This document shows, piece after piece, positions 26,121 through 37,512 of a DNA stretch of 64,000 nucleotides (position 1 is the stretch's first letter; each line of letters starts with the position of its first letter). The notes beneath the pieces are model-generated. The model had not been told where the DNA came from. It did no database searches and worked only from the letters and a program-made list of their open reading frames with translations. Both the position numbers and the translations under genes were made by a program. The stretch is from Tubiluchus corallicola (Eukaryota; Animalia; Priapulida): positions 558,001 to 622,000 of the forward strand of contig JAQGDQ010000051.1 in assembly GCA_030141605.1 (NCBI GenBank), given 5' to 3'.

Positions 26121-27229
26121 AATGAACACTTTATGATCGTGATCACGGGTTTTTTTTTAGTTCTCGCTCCATTTCATCTGTCATTCACTACTCCCCCCAC
26201 ATCAATGTATATATTACAGTAATATCATCTCACCTATTAATTCTTTTTAAGATTCCAAGTACAGTTTGGCTTGCCAAGCTATGCTTTTAGGTTCAAAATA
26301 TTTCAAACATCAAAATTATTGTGTATTGTAATTTGCACGCGTATATGCTAGCTACTAAAGAGTCTTTATTTGTATTATCTGGTCTATATTGTATTTGTAT
26401 TTGTGTTCACTTTACTGGATAATTATCTGTATTTTAGTGATTACTGTACGATGCAGTGTGGAAATGAATAAACTCTCTTGAAACCGTTAGCGCTAATGTT
26501 GCCTGTTAAATGAGTGACGGTAAAAAACTGTTCTTTCTCTTTGTCTACATAATGCTTAACTAATGTGTCAAGTACACACTGGTGCAAAATTATGTAAGAT
26601 CTTCCAAATACTTATCACTACCTTAATTTGATTTTCATCCTAACAAGTAACCAATGCAGGAACCGAACGGAAGTTACAATGGTCAAATTTTTCGTACGAA
26701 GTCAAATAGATGCCGCTTATCAGTTTCATTCATCAAACTATTACAAGTGCTAAAACCCGAACTAACGAAAGCGTGTATAAGTTTTTAAATGCAATAGCGA
26801 TCCGACTAATTTTATTGGACATAAGTAATGAGATTTTAACTACCGATACATATACATATATTCATGAAAACAGTCAAAATGCCGCGCGATCAACCCTGTA
26901 GACTAATCAGGACTGCATCGTAGCGCCATCTTTACACAGAATGTGAAAACACACTGAGAGGCGAGACCACAATTTTAGGTTGGTGAATGATACAGTCACA
27001 CATCTCCCGTTAAGACTGGGAAAATCGTCTTGAATTTGTTCACGTCTGTTAAGGGTGTGTGTCGCACTAACACACGTCACACTTGCACTAGTGCGCATGC
27101 GCCTAATATCTGGAAGCAATGACTTTGACATGGTTTTCAAACTACTTATATGATAGAGAATAATGCATTGCTGTTAGTAGTGCAATGTCTAACTTTTGCT
27201 AAACATCTGTTAGAGAACCAGAAGGCTAC

Positions 27230-28115
27230 ATTTTAGGCCTTTGTGTTTATAATGTTCATTAACGACATTACAAAAATGGGACGTCATAATAAAATGGTGT
27301 TATGTGCTAATTATACTGCTATTATGTAAAACTCAAATGTAAATACACTCTCGAAAATGACTTGAATAATGACCTCAGTAGTATTGCAGTCTGGATCAGT
27401 GACAATAAGCTGACTTTAAATATGAACAAGACTAAAGCAATGTTATTTGGGACAAGTAGAAAATTACAAAACATTAGTGAATTTAATTTATTACTAAATG
27501 AATGTCGAATTGAAATTGCCTATAGTGTGGAACATTTAGGAGTTCACTTTCACCCCAATTTAAAATAGAACAAATTGCTGTTAAAATATTACAAAAAATC
27601 TCGGTTCTTAAAAAGGTCAATAGCACCCACAGCACACGCTTAAAACTTTGTTTAATGCTTTCTTCATGCCACATAGATTATTGTTTGGTAGCCTGGAGTA
27701 TCACATTTAATATATTGATCGCATTCAAAAATCACAGAACAGAGCCCCGAGAATAATGCCGGATTGTAGTACCCGAGATCACCATGTAAATGATATATAT
27801 AATAAATAAAAGTTAATGAAAGTAAAACGGAGAAGAGAGTGCTGGAAAGCAACAATGATGTACAAATGATTAAATAATTTTGTCCTATTATATCTGAGCC
27901 AGAACTTTCGATTCACTACAAATGTTCATAACTGTGACCCAAGATCACAATTGTTGTTATCTAATCAGCTATTTGTAAACGTTGTTAAGCTTGAGCATGG
28001 TAAGCGTACATTTTATTACTTAGGAACTATGCTTTGGAATACTCTTTCAAATTACATGAAAGACGCACCACCTTTACATACTTCAAAAGTTTTGCTAAAA
28101 CAATTTTTCGCGTAT
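27230..28115 (+). mobile_element. Degenerate CR1/L2-type LINE, 3' part
   Basis: FIMFINDI.. LNNDLSSIAVWISDNKLTLNMNKTKAMLFG.. HLGV.. GKRTF..GTMLWNTL. Confidence 0.85.
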
Positions 28116-29673
28116 TGAATAGCCTCCGGTGTCTCCTGTGGCTTTAGTTGAATTATACTAATGGCACAACGCAGTATTGTTAATGCAAATTATTACATAA
28201 TAATATTGTTAGCTAAAGTGCAATTAACGCGTGTAATAGGATAAAAACATAGTTTGCTTCGAGCTTTGGAAAATCTTGGAACATTAATGTTGTTAAGATT
28301 TCATTAGACGTTTTTGACGTGCTTTTGCAAGCAACAAGTTTGTTATTAATTACGAGTGTGGATGCTTTTAGACTGTGTTGGTATTACGTTATGTAATGTA
28401 TAAGAAATAAACTGACTAAAATTGAGAACCTGAAAAAATAGCCTCCTTATTATTGCAATTACTTTTGTACAATAGTTTTGCGTTTCTTTTAGTGCTAGTA
28501 ATGACTATATTTAATACTAGTCCATGAGCCTCACCCTCAAAATTTGGTCGCCAGTACCACCCAAGGGGACAAATTCGCCAAATGCGTTTTGAAAAGCTAC
28601 ATATCTCAGGTTGTTAAAAATGCTTGATAGGCCTTCCTACCGTACAGGTTTGTCGGTGGTACTGACCCATTTGTGGGACTACCCTCAAAAAGCTATGTTT
28701 GTGCAAATTTGCACATGCAAATGCACTTACAAATGGCAAGGATGTGACCATTTGGAATGTAGCAGAAAAAACTATACCTGGTCCATCAGGGCACGCTGTT
28801 CTAAAACTCTCCCTTCTCAGTATAATCATAAAGGTGTTTATTAATATTTTTTATGTTAGTTTTATTTATTTTTTATTTTATTCATTTTCCCGGGCTATTC
28901 TGTTTTCCTTCTACTTTGCGTACTACTCTCATTGCTATATAAATTCCTGCGTCAGTGGTTACTGAGAGTGGGCAACAGGTAAGCAAAGGGCATTTTGTGA
29001 AGCTTTAAAAGACATACTGCAGTGGACATATTTATGTTCAAATAAAATGTTATGTAGTTCCACTACATCCCAACGTTACGTAACTTGCTTGCAGCAGTGC
29101 TATGCAGATGACTGCAGTTAATTACTATAATAGTATATTGCATGATTTTTTCGTGCAATTATGACCTATTGGTGCGACAATGTGACAGTTATCTACATTT
29201 TTCTGTATTTTACCTGCTCAAATCATTTCATTTTATGTAGTGAATAATCATTGTTACATTTACGTGAGATCAAAATCTCAAAAGTCTACCCATGAGCATA
29301 CTTATTTGTGCTCAAGCATAATTGTCCCATGCGGGTTAGCCTTGGTAACTGTATCATTGCTGGCCCTTTCATGAGAATTTAATGCAATCTAGCCTAGCTT
29401 AGGTTATCATATATAGCTAATGATGTGAATTGTTTGTCACATAAATTGGTTGCATGGTTACTGTTAATCTTAGCCACGACGTTAAGCATTTATATTCTTT
29501 GCATGCTGTACGCTATGCAAAAAGCTATCCAAAAACTTTGTTGTTAACCCTGTTGCCAAACGGCCATTTTTGGAGACTCCATAAATAAATATGTTTGGAT
29601 AATTAATATGTAGTTAGTAACAGTTATAATGAAAAACAAATGTTTAATTGTTGTTTACTGTCATTTGCAGGAT

Positions 29674-29745
29674 ATGGCATTAACTGCTTTAGAAGACCTT
29701 ACGAGTCTCGATTTCGATTACGACAAACTAAACATTCCAAACTTG
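29674..29745 (+). CDS. E74: E74/ELF-like ETS factor, coding exon 1 (MALTALEDLTSLDFDYDKLNIPNL)
   Basis: Acceptor tcatttgcAG at 29670, ATG in GATATGG context, donor TTG/GTAAGT; phase 0 joins in frame to 37134. Confidence 0.7.
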
Positions 29746-29833
29746 GTAAGTTAGCAGTTAGATTTCTGATTTTTATTTTGGGTGTGCTTGTTCCATTTAT
29801 CTTTAGATTTTAGAGAAAACGTTGTCTTGTTAT

Positions 29834-31575
29834 TGTTACGATGAGCGGATGGTTGAGAAGAAAACGTAAAACAACAGTAATAAGAGTAAAATTACTGAAT
29901 TAAGTACCCATCGTGTTCCATGCCGGTTGCCATTGCGTGATGAGGTGCTGAGATGGAAGACGTACCTGCCCATCAACCCACTGAACCGATGAGGCCATTC
30001 CATACCAGCTACTTATAGCTGCTATGCAACGCTGATATGCAATGGCTTCGTAATGGATGAAACCATCAAAATGTAGAGGGAGAGGGTCGAAAATAAAGGG
30101 CATTTCGCCTTCGTAACACTGCCCTCCTCTACAGAAAATGGTTTGTCCTCGAACCAGAATGAAGCACGCAGGAGAAGAAATATGTTTTATGGAAAAAAAT
30201 AAATTTACAGTACAGGGTTTTACAGGAGTACAAAATGTCTGCTATACAATGCCTAAAAAGTTTTTGCCATTTTAACAAACGTTTTTAACAAGAGCATGAC
30301 GCTTACGAAAAATGAAATTTTTCGCACAAAAAAAATAAGAAATGACTGCAGTTAAGGCTCATAGAGCTGGCTCTGTCCGGGCCGGATTCAAAAAGCGGTC
30401 AGGAGACTCCTGGGGTTCAATATGCCGTGAAAGTTGATGTCCGACTACGTGCGTCTCGCTTGCAAGGTGGGTGTTCCTCAACCAGATGGCTGGAGTATGT
30501 CCGCAGGCTCGTGAGGACTGCACCAACTAACGTAGCACCGTTCTTCTTCTTCTTGGAGACGATAGCAGATCGGGAAGCTCTTTGCGTCCTTTCACGTAAC
30601 TACTCCCAAATGTGCGAACCCGGCGAATTGTTAGACTGGCTATAGCGTCCATACTGCCGACATCATCGTCAAGCCAAGCGACTACAGCGTGTGACGAAGC
30701 CCTCGGTGACTGCGGAACTGGTCCTCACGATACGTCTACACATCGACGTAACTGTTCCCAAGATTCAACCATTAATTTAAAAACAACAGTCCAGGTGCTG
30801 CTACATCAAGTACGGACTACACTTTGTACCATACACTTTAAAATCGACAGCTATCCACAGCACACAAGAACAGTATCCTCATAAGTAAATCACGAGGCCA
30901 CTGTAAAACAGGCACATAGCCTGCTAATGAGGACTGAAAGCTCCGGTTATTGGAGAACCAAACAAGATGTGTTGTGAACCCACACAAATAGGTAGGTGTT
31001 CCGTGTAAGAACATCACGAAATGTTGGAAAACTTGGGCGGCTTGGCATTCTTGGCAGCTTGGCATTCTTGGCGGCTTGACATTCTTAGCGGCCTGGCGTT
31101 CTTGGCAGCTTGGCGTTCTTGACGGCTTGGCATTCTTGGCAGCATGGCGGCTTGGCGTTCTTGGTTTAGAGCCTTGATAAGGGACAGCGATGCAGTGATG
31201 GGAGTGCGTGTGACGAAGCCTCATATATTAGTTGTAAGTGCTTTGGGTGTGTTCCATGTGGCATGTTGGCACATTAGAAGTTTTCCAACATTTCGTGATG
31301 GTCTTACACGGAACACCTACCCACAAATCACAGCTACCGGCGACGATCAAAGAAAGCCCTTGTACTGCACAGTGATTCCGGCGGTTCCATGTCTTGGCAG
31401 CGTTTCGGTGCTGTTCTGTTGCCGATTTAAGAATTCAAGTTCGAATCCACTGGGGGCAGATTAGGACTACTGTCCCCCACCCCGTACTGGCCACCAAGGT
31501 AACGATGAGCAGATTGTTGAGAAGAAAACGTAAAACAATAGTAGTAAGAATAAAATTACTGAATTAAGTAACACA
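29834..31575 (-). mobile_element. Non-autonomous LTR retrotransposon (family B), tRNA-Ile primed
   Basis: LTR TGTTACG..CGTAACA at 29834-30118; deleted second LTR at 31498-31575; TTAT TSD on both sides; PPT (minus AGAGGAGGGCAG) at 30119-30130; PBS CCCCGTACTGGCCACCA at 31480-31496. Confidence 0.85.
30991..31321. mobile_element. MITE with 44-bp TIRs and internal 17-bp tandem repeats, nested in the LTR element
   Basis: TIRs GGTAGGTGTTCCGTGTAAGA.. at 30991-31034 and 31278-31321; flanks cacaaata / cacaaatc; about 7 copies of ggc(g/a)gcttggc(a/g)ttctt. Confidence 0.88.
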
Positions 31576-32819
31576 TTATGTTAGAAAGCTTTGGTTTGTG
31601 TAATTCAGCCAGAAATGAATAAGCAGTTTTCATCCAGGTAGGTTTGATGTTATAGAATTTTCCTTAAACTATTTTATGCCGCCTAGCAGTTCATTCTACC
31701 CTTCCCATTTTAACACCTTACTTATTTAGTCCCACTCGTGCCATTTACGCGTTGACCGCCACGCTCCCGAAAGTACAAACCGATAACGCCGCCAAATCTG
31801 TCAAACCTCTATTTCACCAAACGTGCCACGTTGTAAAACATGCCACACCGCAAATCTGCTACGTTTGCGACAAACTGGTGCTTACAAAAAAGCTGAAGAT
31901 AATTATAACAATGGCTTTTTGTTTTTACCTGTTTTACTCTTGAAATTTACTAAGCGCAGTCGTTTTCATAGTTTGTCAACAGCTGCTCGCACTTACAAGC
32001 TGTTTTTATAGGCGTACGGGATACGGGGGTCAAGAGGGACGGCTGCCTTCCTGGGGCAAATGAAATGAACATTTTCGGAGAAAAAGCTAGTAGTTGTTTT
32101 CAGGCAAATAATTCTGTTCTAAATTTTCAAAATTTAAGATTTCAATATTCAAAAATTGCTCACTGCATTACGTCTTTTACTGGCTGCAGTTAAAGGGTTT
32201 CTTGTACGATGAATTGTTTAAACTTTTAAAAATTTCAAAGTTAATAATAGTGTCATTTTTCAGTTTTAGTCACTGAACCTCACAAGTCCTTTATATACTT
32301 TTTAAATGCATGCCCATCATGTACTGGCAAGGTTATAGACATGTTTGCAAAAGGAAAACATAAACCGTCGCCATTATTTCTTTTGAATTTCTGAAACGTT
32401 AGAAACAGTATATCTGAAAGTATATGCATTTTTGCTCAGTGAATGTTTCTAAGTAAATGTTATTATAATTTGGACTTCTTACATTCATGCACTATTACTA
32501 TTACTATTGCTATTGCTCTGCCCTTTCGCCCTTGGCCAGTGGTCACTGGTTACCACATTGTTGTTTGTCCCACGCCCATGGCTACCAACCTGTGTGTTTG
32601 GTGACTCTAGCTTGCAAGGCTTGCGAGAATAAATAATAATAATATTACTAGTTGACAATGTTTCTGACATGGTCAGAAACTGAAGATTTTGCAAACAATA
32701 GTTACAAAATTCAGCCTTAAAACGAAGAGATGAGTCTTTTTAGAAACCTCTTGTTTTCTTTTATTGCATACATAGGCGATGCATTTCACGATAAAATCTC
32801 AGCATTTAACTGTTCAGTC

Positions 32820-33882
32820 CATCACCCATGGGTCAGAGGTCAACCAATCTCGGCATGACTTATTTCATTTAGTTTGTCTCACTGAGACCTTTCGTCTGAT
32901 GGTACTAAAAGCTAATTTCATGTGACACTTAAACGCATTTGTCTTCTCAACCCCTATTTTGTCCCTGCTAGGGTCAGAGGTCAACCAATCCCAGCATAAC
33001 TCATACCATTCAGTTTGTCTCTTTGGGGCCTTTCATTTTGATATACTACAACCTAGTTTTGGTTGACACTGGAAGGCATTTGTCTCCTTGGCCCCTATTT
33101 TGTTCCCTAAAGGGGTGGCAGGTTAACAATTCCCATTGCAATGTTCGATTGTAACATTGCCATTTGATTCGCCTCATCGAAACCTTTCATTTGATGTGTT
33201 ACATGGTGCTTTTCCTGCACACTCAATGCATTTCTGTTCCCAACCACCATTTTTCGGTTTTTGACCGCTACTGGGGTAAGAGATCAACCGGTCTCGACAG
33301 AACTAATACCATTTGGTTTGTCTCCTCAAGACCTTCCATTCGATGTACTACAAGCTAGTTTCAGTCGACACTGGAAGACGTTTGTCTCCTCGGCCCCTAT
33401 TTTGCGTCCTGCTGCTGTGACCTTTGACTCTGAGGTCACACTCCTATACAGTTTTGTGGCTACCTATGTTAGTAAGTTTCATGAGTCTAGGTCTTACACA
33501 TATGGAGTTATTGACCAGACTCCATTTTAACACTTTCGGTCATGTCACGTGCCAGGCCACGCCCACTTTTCGAAAAATACGTAATGTACATTTATCCCAC
33601 AGGACCTAAGTACCTGTGAAAAAAAATTTGAATTTAACTCAAAGCCCTAGGAGAGGTTGAACGACTTTTTTGTAAAACTGATTGATGTTCATTGTCCTTG
33701 ACCAATTGAACCGAGGTGACTGGCCACTGACCATGCCACTGCATGTCCCCCAGCCTCAAGTGTCTACCCACCAAGTTTGGTGACTCTAGGTGCCATCGTT
33801 TTGGAGTTATTCACTGTCGTAGCACGGAAGTAATAATAAACGGTTCATTTCCATTAAGATTCTGCTATATATATAATCTTAA
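32820..33882 (+). mobile_element. Family C element with about four ~141-bp internal tandem units
   Basis: gggtcagaggtcaaccaatc at ~32830 and ~32971, diverged units near 33113 and 33273; tgacctttgac motif; 3' hairpin aagatt..aatctt. Confidence 0.65.
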
Positions 33883-34444
33883 TAATAAGCGTATAAAAAC
33901 GGCAAGATTTTGCTATAATAATAACACTAGTTTTGGTAAGCATTGGAACATCTGCATCAATCGATCTTTCATTTGCAATCCTGCCATCGTTAATGATGCC
34001 ACTGGCTGGAATGAAACATCTCGAGCCGCAAATATTCACAATGCCCAGAAAACTAGTGTTATTTTTAAACAGTAGGCGGCGCTTAATAGACTCACTTTGG
34101 GACCAACGTGTTTTGACCCAATTAACCCACTGAACCTATTAACCGACGGGTGTAGTATTACAGGTATGGAAGTATGAGTACTGATAACTCATACAGACTT
34201 GTTAACTCCTGCATAAAACAAACCACCAGTAAATTTCTTTATTTATACTGCAAAAGTTTCTAATGTTAAACTGCTCAAAGCTTTGTTTTAATTGTTATTG
34301 TTTCTTAAACTTAAACCGTGTAGGCGTTAAACATTTTCTCTAACTTTATGGCATTGTTAAATTAAGAAAATAGCGTTATGCACTCTTGTAATCTATTTGA
34401 AGTAGGCGTAATGCATTTCAGAAGTGTTATGCAACTCTGTAGGC

Positions 34445-35154
34445 CAGTGGTTCCCAACCGGGGGTACGCAACAGCAATGCCAGGGGTACGCAGAAGGTGT
34501 GTCAGATCGACACATTTTTTTCTTTCTGTAGCCGGTGAAAAGGGTAAAATACACCAAGTTGCAGCATCGCGATATTCTTTCTACAGGTTAGGCAATATTT
34601 CACAAACAATATCATTCCTGCGCAGTGTGCTAGAAAATACTTTTACCCGCCCACGAAAAGCTTATATTTTGTCGCTTTGTTTGTGCTGTATTTGGCCTTC
34701 GAGGTGTTGGTTCCATTTGTGACAACATACAAATGTGAGCTAGGCTTCAGTGCAATGCTACATTTGAAGACGAAGGCAAGAAACCGTTTGGATTTGAGGA
34801 GCGACATGCGAGTCGCAATATCAACAATTAAACCTGATATCAAAAAACTTGTTGATAATCATCAAGAACAGCGTGCGCATTAATTATGACTGCTGTGAAG
34901 ATCGTGAAGATCGCGTTTCCCTGTATTGATGTTTTCATATTCGAGAAGGTTGTTCAAATTACGTATTTCTTAATAATCACTGATAAAATTCATGTTTTCA
35001 AAAAAAGTTAAAATAAAAAATATCGATAACATTAATAGTTGTTTTCTGGAAACTGGTTTTTCAAACGATTTGTTGAAAAATATCAGGTGGGGGTACGCTG
35101 AAGATCGCCACATTTAGAAGGGGTACTTGGCAAGAAAAAGGTTGGGAACCACTG
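34445..35154 (+). mobile_element. hAT (Charlie/Buster-type) deletion derivative, 710 bp
   Basis: TIR CAGTGGTTCCCAACC at both ends; perfect 8-bp TSD CTGTAGGC (34437-34444, 35155-35162); retains the transposase C-terminus. Confidence 0.95.
34690..34883 (+). pseudogene. hAT transposase C-terminal (dimerisation region) remnant
   Basis: LVPFVTTYKCELGFSAMLHLKTKARNRLDLRSDMRVAIS..PDI..LV...Q.Q.AH is the Charlie/ZBED5-type C-terminus. Confidence 0.9.
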
Positions 35155-35254
35155 CTGTAGGCGTTAAGCACAAGTTACACAAATTTAGACAAGCGTTATG
35201 CAAAAAAAAAACAATTTACTTACATCTGTAACATTTAAACATTTTCAACAAAAT

Positions 35255-35450
35255 GTATTTTTTTCTCGTGTGCTCCAATCTGGTTCGAGGGGAGGGCAAT
35301 GTTACGAGGGCGGATGCCATTTATTTTCGACCCTCTCCCTCTATATTGTGGTGGTCTTGTTCGTACGAAGTCATTGCATAGTGATGTTGAATAACAGCTA
35401 TAAAACCGTCGCTATGGAATGGCCTCGTCGGTTCACAGGGTGAACGGGCC
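35255..35450 (+). mobile_element. Family B fragment: PPT plus start of the LTR
   Basis: gaggggagggcaa-TGTTACGAGGGCG at 35300; reverse complement of 29980-30130. Confidence 0.8.
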
Positions 35451-36166
35451 AAATGTATTTAACCTGGTAATAGATTTCTGGCAAGTCTTAATTTCGACTA
35501 CCGAATTCTATGCGTATCAGTACCAACATTAGTGTGCGTTTGACCAGGTTTGTCGAAAGTGTCCCAAACGTTCCTATCCATATTCAGCCATATACAAGAT
35601 ATCACTTAGTCGCAAATAAAAATAAAAATAAATATTTAAGAGAAAATAGAGCCTAATAAGAAAAATGAAGACGCGCCCTCTCCGTGACCTTTCACCCATG
35701 AATATAATCAGTGTATAATCATCACGTATACCCTTTACCCAGCGAACGTATCTAGTGAGTTTTGTGTCTCTACAACTTGCGTGTAAAAAGTTATAAATAC
35801 TTTAAAAGATTTTTTGATACTTTTAACTTTTCATGGCGGTTTACATAAAAGAAAATAGAGTGCGAAGATTTGTGCAAAAAGTCTGGAACCTGATTTCTCG
35901 CGTTTTACTCGTGATACCAGCAAAATTCCATCCTTAACTACGGCAGCGTTTGCGTTTAGTTATCTTTCTTCTTCTTTAACGTCTCCGTTTGTTGTAGACG
36001 TTGGGTAATTTATTAGCGCATTTCACGCACTCCTATCTGCAGTTAACAGCGTTAAGTTCTTAGTACAGTTGTTTAGCCTAGCCTGTTTAGGGGAAAAATG
36101 CAACTTCAATGCTCGATTTCATTAGGAAGGAAACCATGAAATTTAATGAATTAGTATCAAATTTTA

Positions 36167-36390
36167 AGTTACGGTTAGCACTCTTAATGAAAGAAAACTT
36201 ATTTTTACGTTTTAAATTTGACTTTTAATACCTCGGGTGTACATCTGTCCCACAATACTTTAATGTATGTGAAAAAACAGTTACGGTTTGCACTCTTAAT
36301 GAAAGAAAACTTATTTTTACGTTTTAAATTTGACTTTTAATACCTCGGGTGTACATCTGCCCCACAATAGTTTAATGTATGTGGAAAAAA
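36167..36390. repeat. 112-bp tandem duplication
   Basis: agttacggtt(a/t)gcactcttaatgaaag.. starts at 36167 and 36279, with few mismatches. Confidence 0.93.
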
Positions 36391-37040
36391 TTTGAATTTT
36401 ATTCCGAGCCCTAGGAGGAGCTTAGCGACAATTGAAAGGCTGACGGACGTCCAACATCCTTGACCCTTTGACCCGAAGATAAACTTGACTCGATGATTGC
36501 TTGAGCCATCCCGGGTGTTTGCTCTCCAAATTTGATGACTCTATTTACCCTAGTTTTGGAGTCATTCTGACTCATTCAGTATCGTAGCGAATAAAAGACA
36601 ACATAACTAACTTGCTGTTAATGACAAAGGCACAAATTTATGATTCTGTTGTATGCAACTGGAATGGCAACATGAAAGCGTGACTGCTGAAATCTGTACA
36701 GTGTTTATACAAAGACATAAAAATATTTGATCTAAAAATTGTTTCAGTATTGTACACAAAGTTATTAGTAACATTATTTTGACTCCCATTCCGATTTCTG
36801 AAAAATATTTATTGCACATCTATCTCACAATATCTATCTAATACCCACAGTATATACCTAACTACTTGTGATAGAAATTTTCAATTCAACTCAAAGCCCT
36901 AGTGTGAGATGCTGTTCATTCGAAAAACTGACTGACGCCTACCCCCAGTAAACCCCTTGACCCGAGGTCAGAGATCATGCAGAATGATAATAACAAAGAA
37001 AGAATAAAAGGTTTGTAAATAAGAAGATTCTGCATGTAAT
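36330..37040 (+). mobile_element. Further family C fragments (about 36330-36600 and 36850-37040)
   Basis: ttgaattta..agccctaggag, ccttgacc..gacccga and aactcaaagccctag are shared with 33620-33830. Confidence 0.55.
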
Positions 37041-37133
37041 ACTATAGAAAGTATTGTTCAGACTCATGCCTACCTTTTGCAAGCATCTTCATTAACTGTG
37101 GCAGATTATTAATTAATTTTCATTTTTTTTCAG

Positions 37134-37512
37134 GATCTTGGTCCAAATGTGATAGTTGTTCAGCAACCTGAAGCACTTCAGGAGCTAACACACAATGATT
37201 TACATGGCCTATTCTCTGACCTCGACGATGAGTTTGCTGGAATTGACCGTCCATTCAGCCCTCCAGCTCTCGCTGCCGACTTACATTGTTTAGAAACCAA
37301 AAAACTTTTATGTGCCGGTGCTGCAGAAGAACTAGCTGACCTCAGTTTTAATGCTGTTAGTACTGATTCTAGTTTAGATTGTAACAATATTGACAACTTA
37401 GAAAGTACTTTAGAAGTTAACAGCTCATTAAACCTCGAAAATGACTTATTATTAAAAAACGAAATTGGACGGCGAAGAAAACGGAAGCGATCAGGAATTC
37501 ACTGTGTATCCG
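37134..37512 (+). CDS. E74: E74/ELF-like exon 2 (acidic region; basic RRRKRKR)
   Basis: Strong acceptor tttttttcAG, 126 open codons, donor CCG/GTGAGT in phase 1. Confidence 0.8.

Noticed and set aside
30427-30884. GC-rich ORFs inside the LTR element
   Set aside because: They are antisense to the element's orientation and have no gag/pol motifs.
31035-31165. Regular short repeats resembling a CRISPR array
   Set aside because: Head-to-tail 17-mers with no unique spacers, in eukaryotic context with no cas genes.
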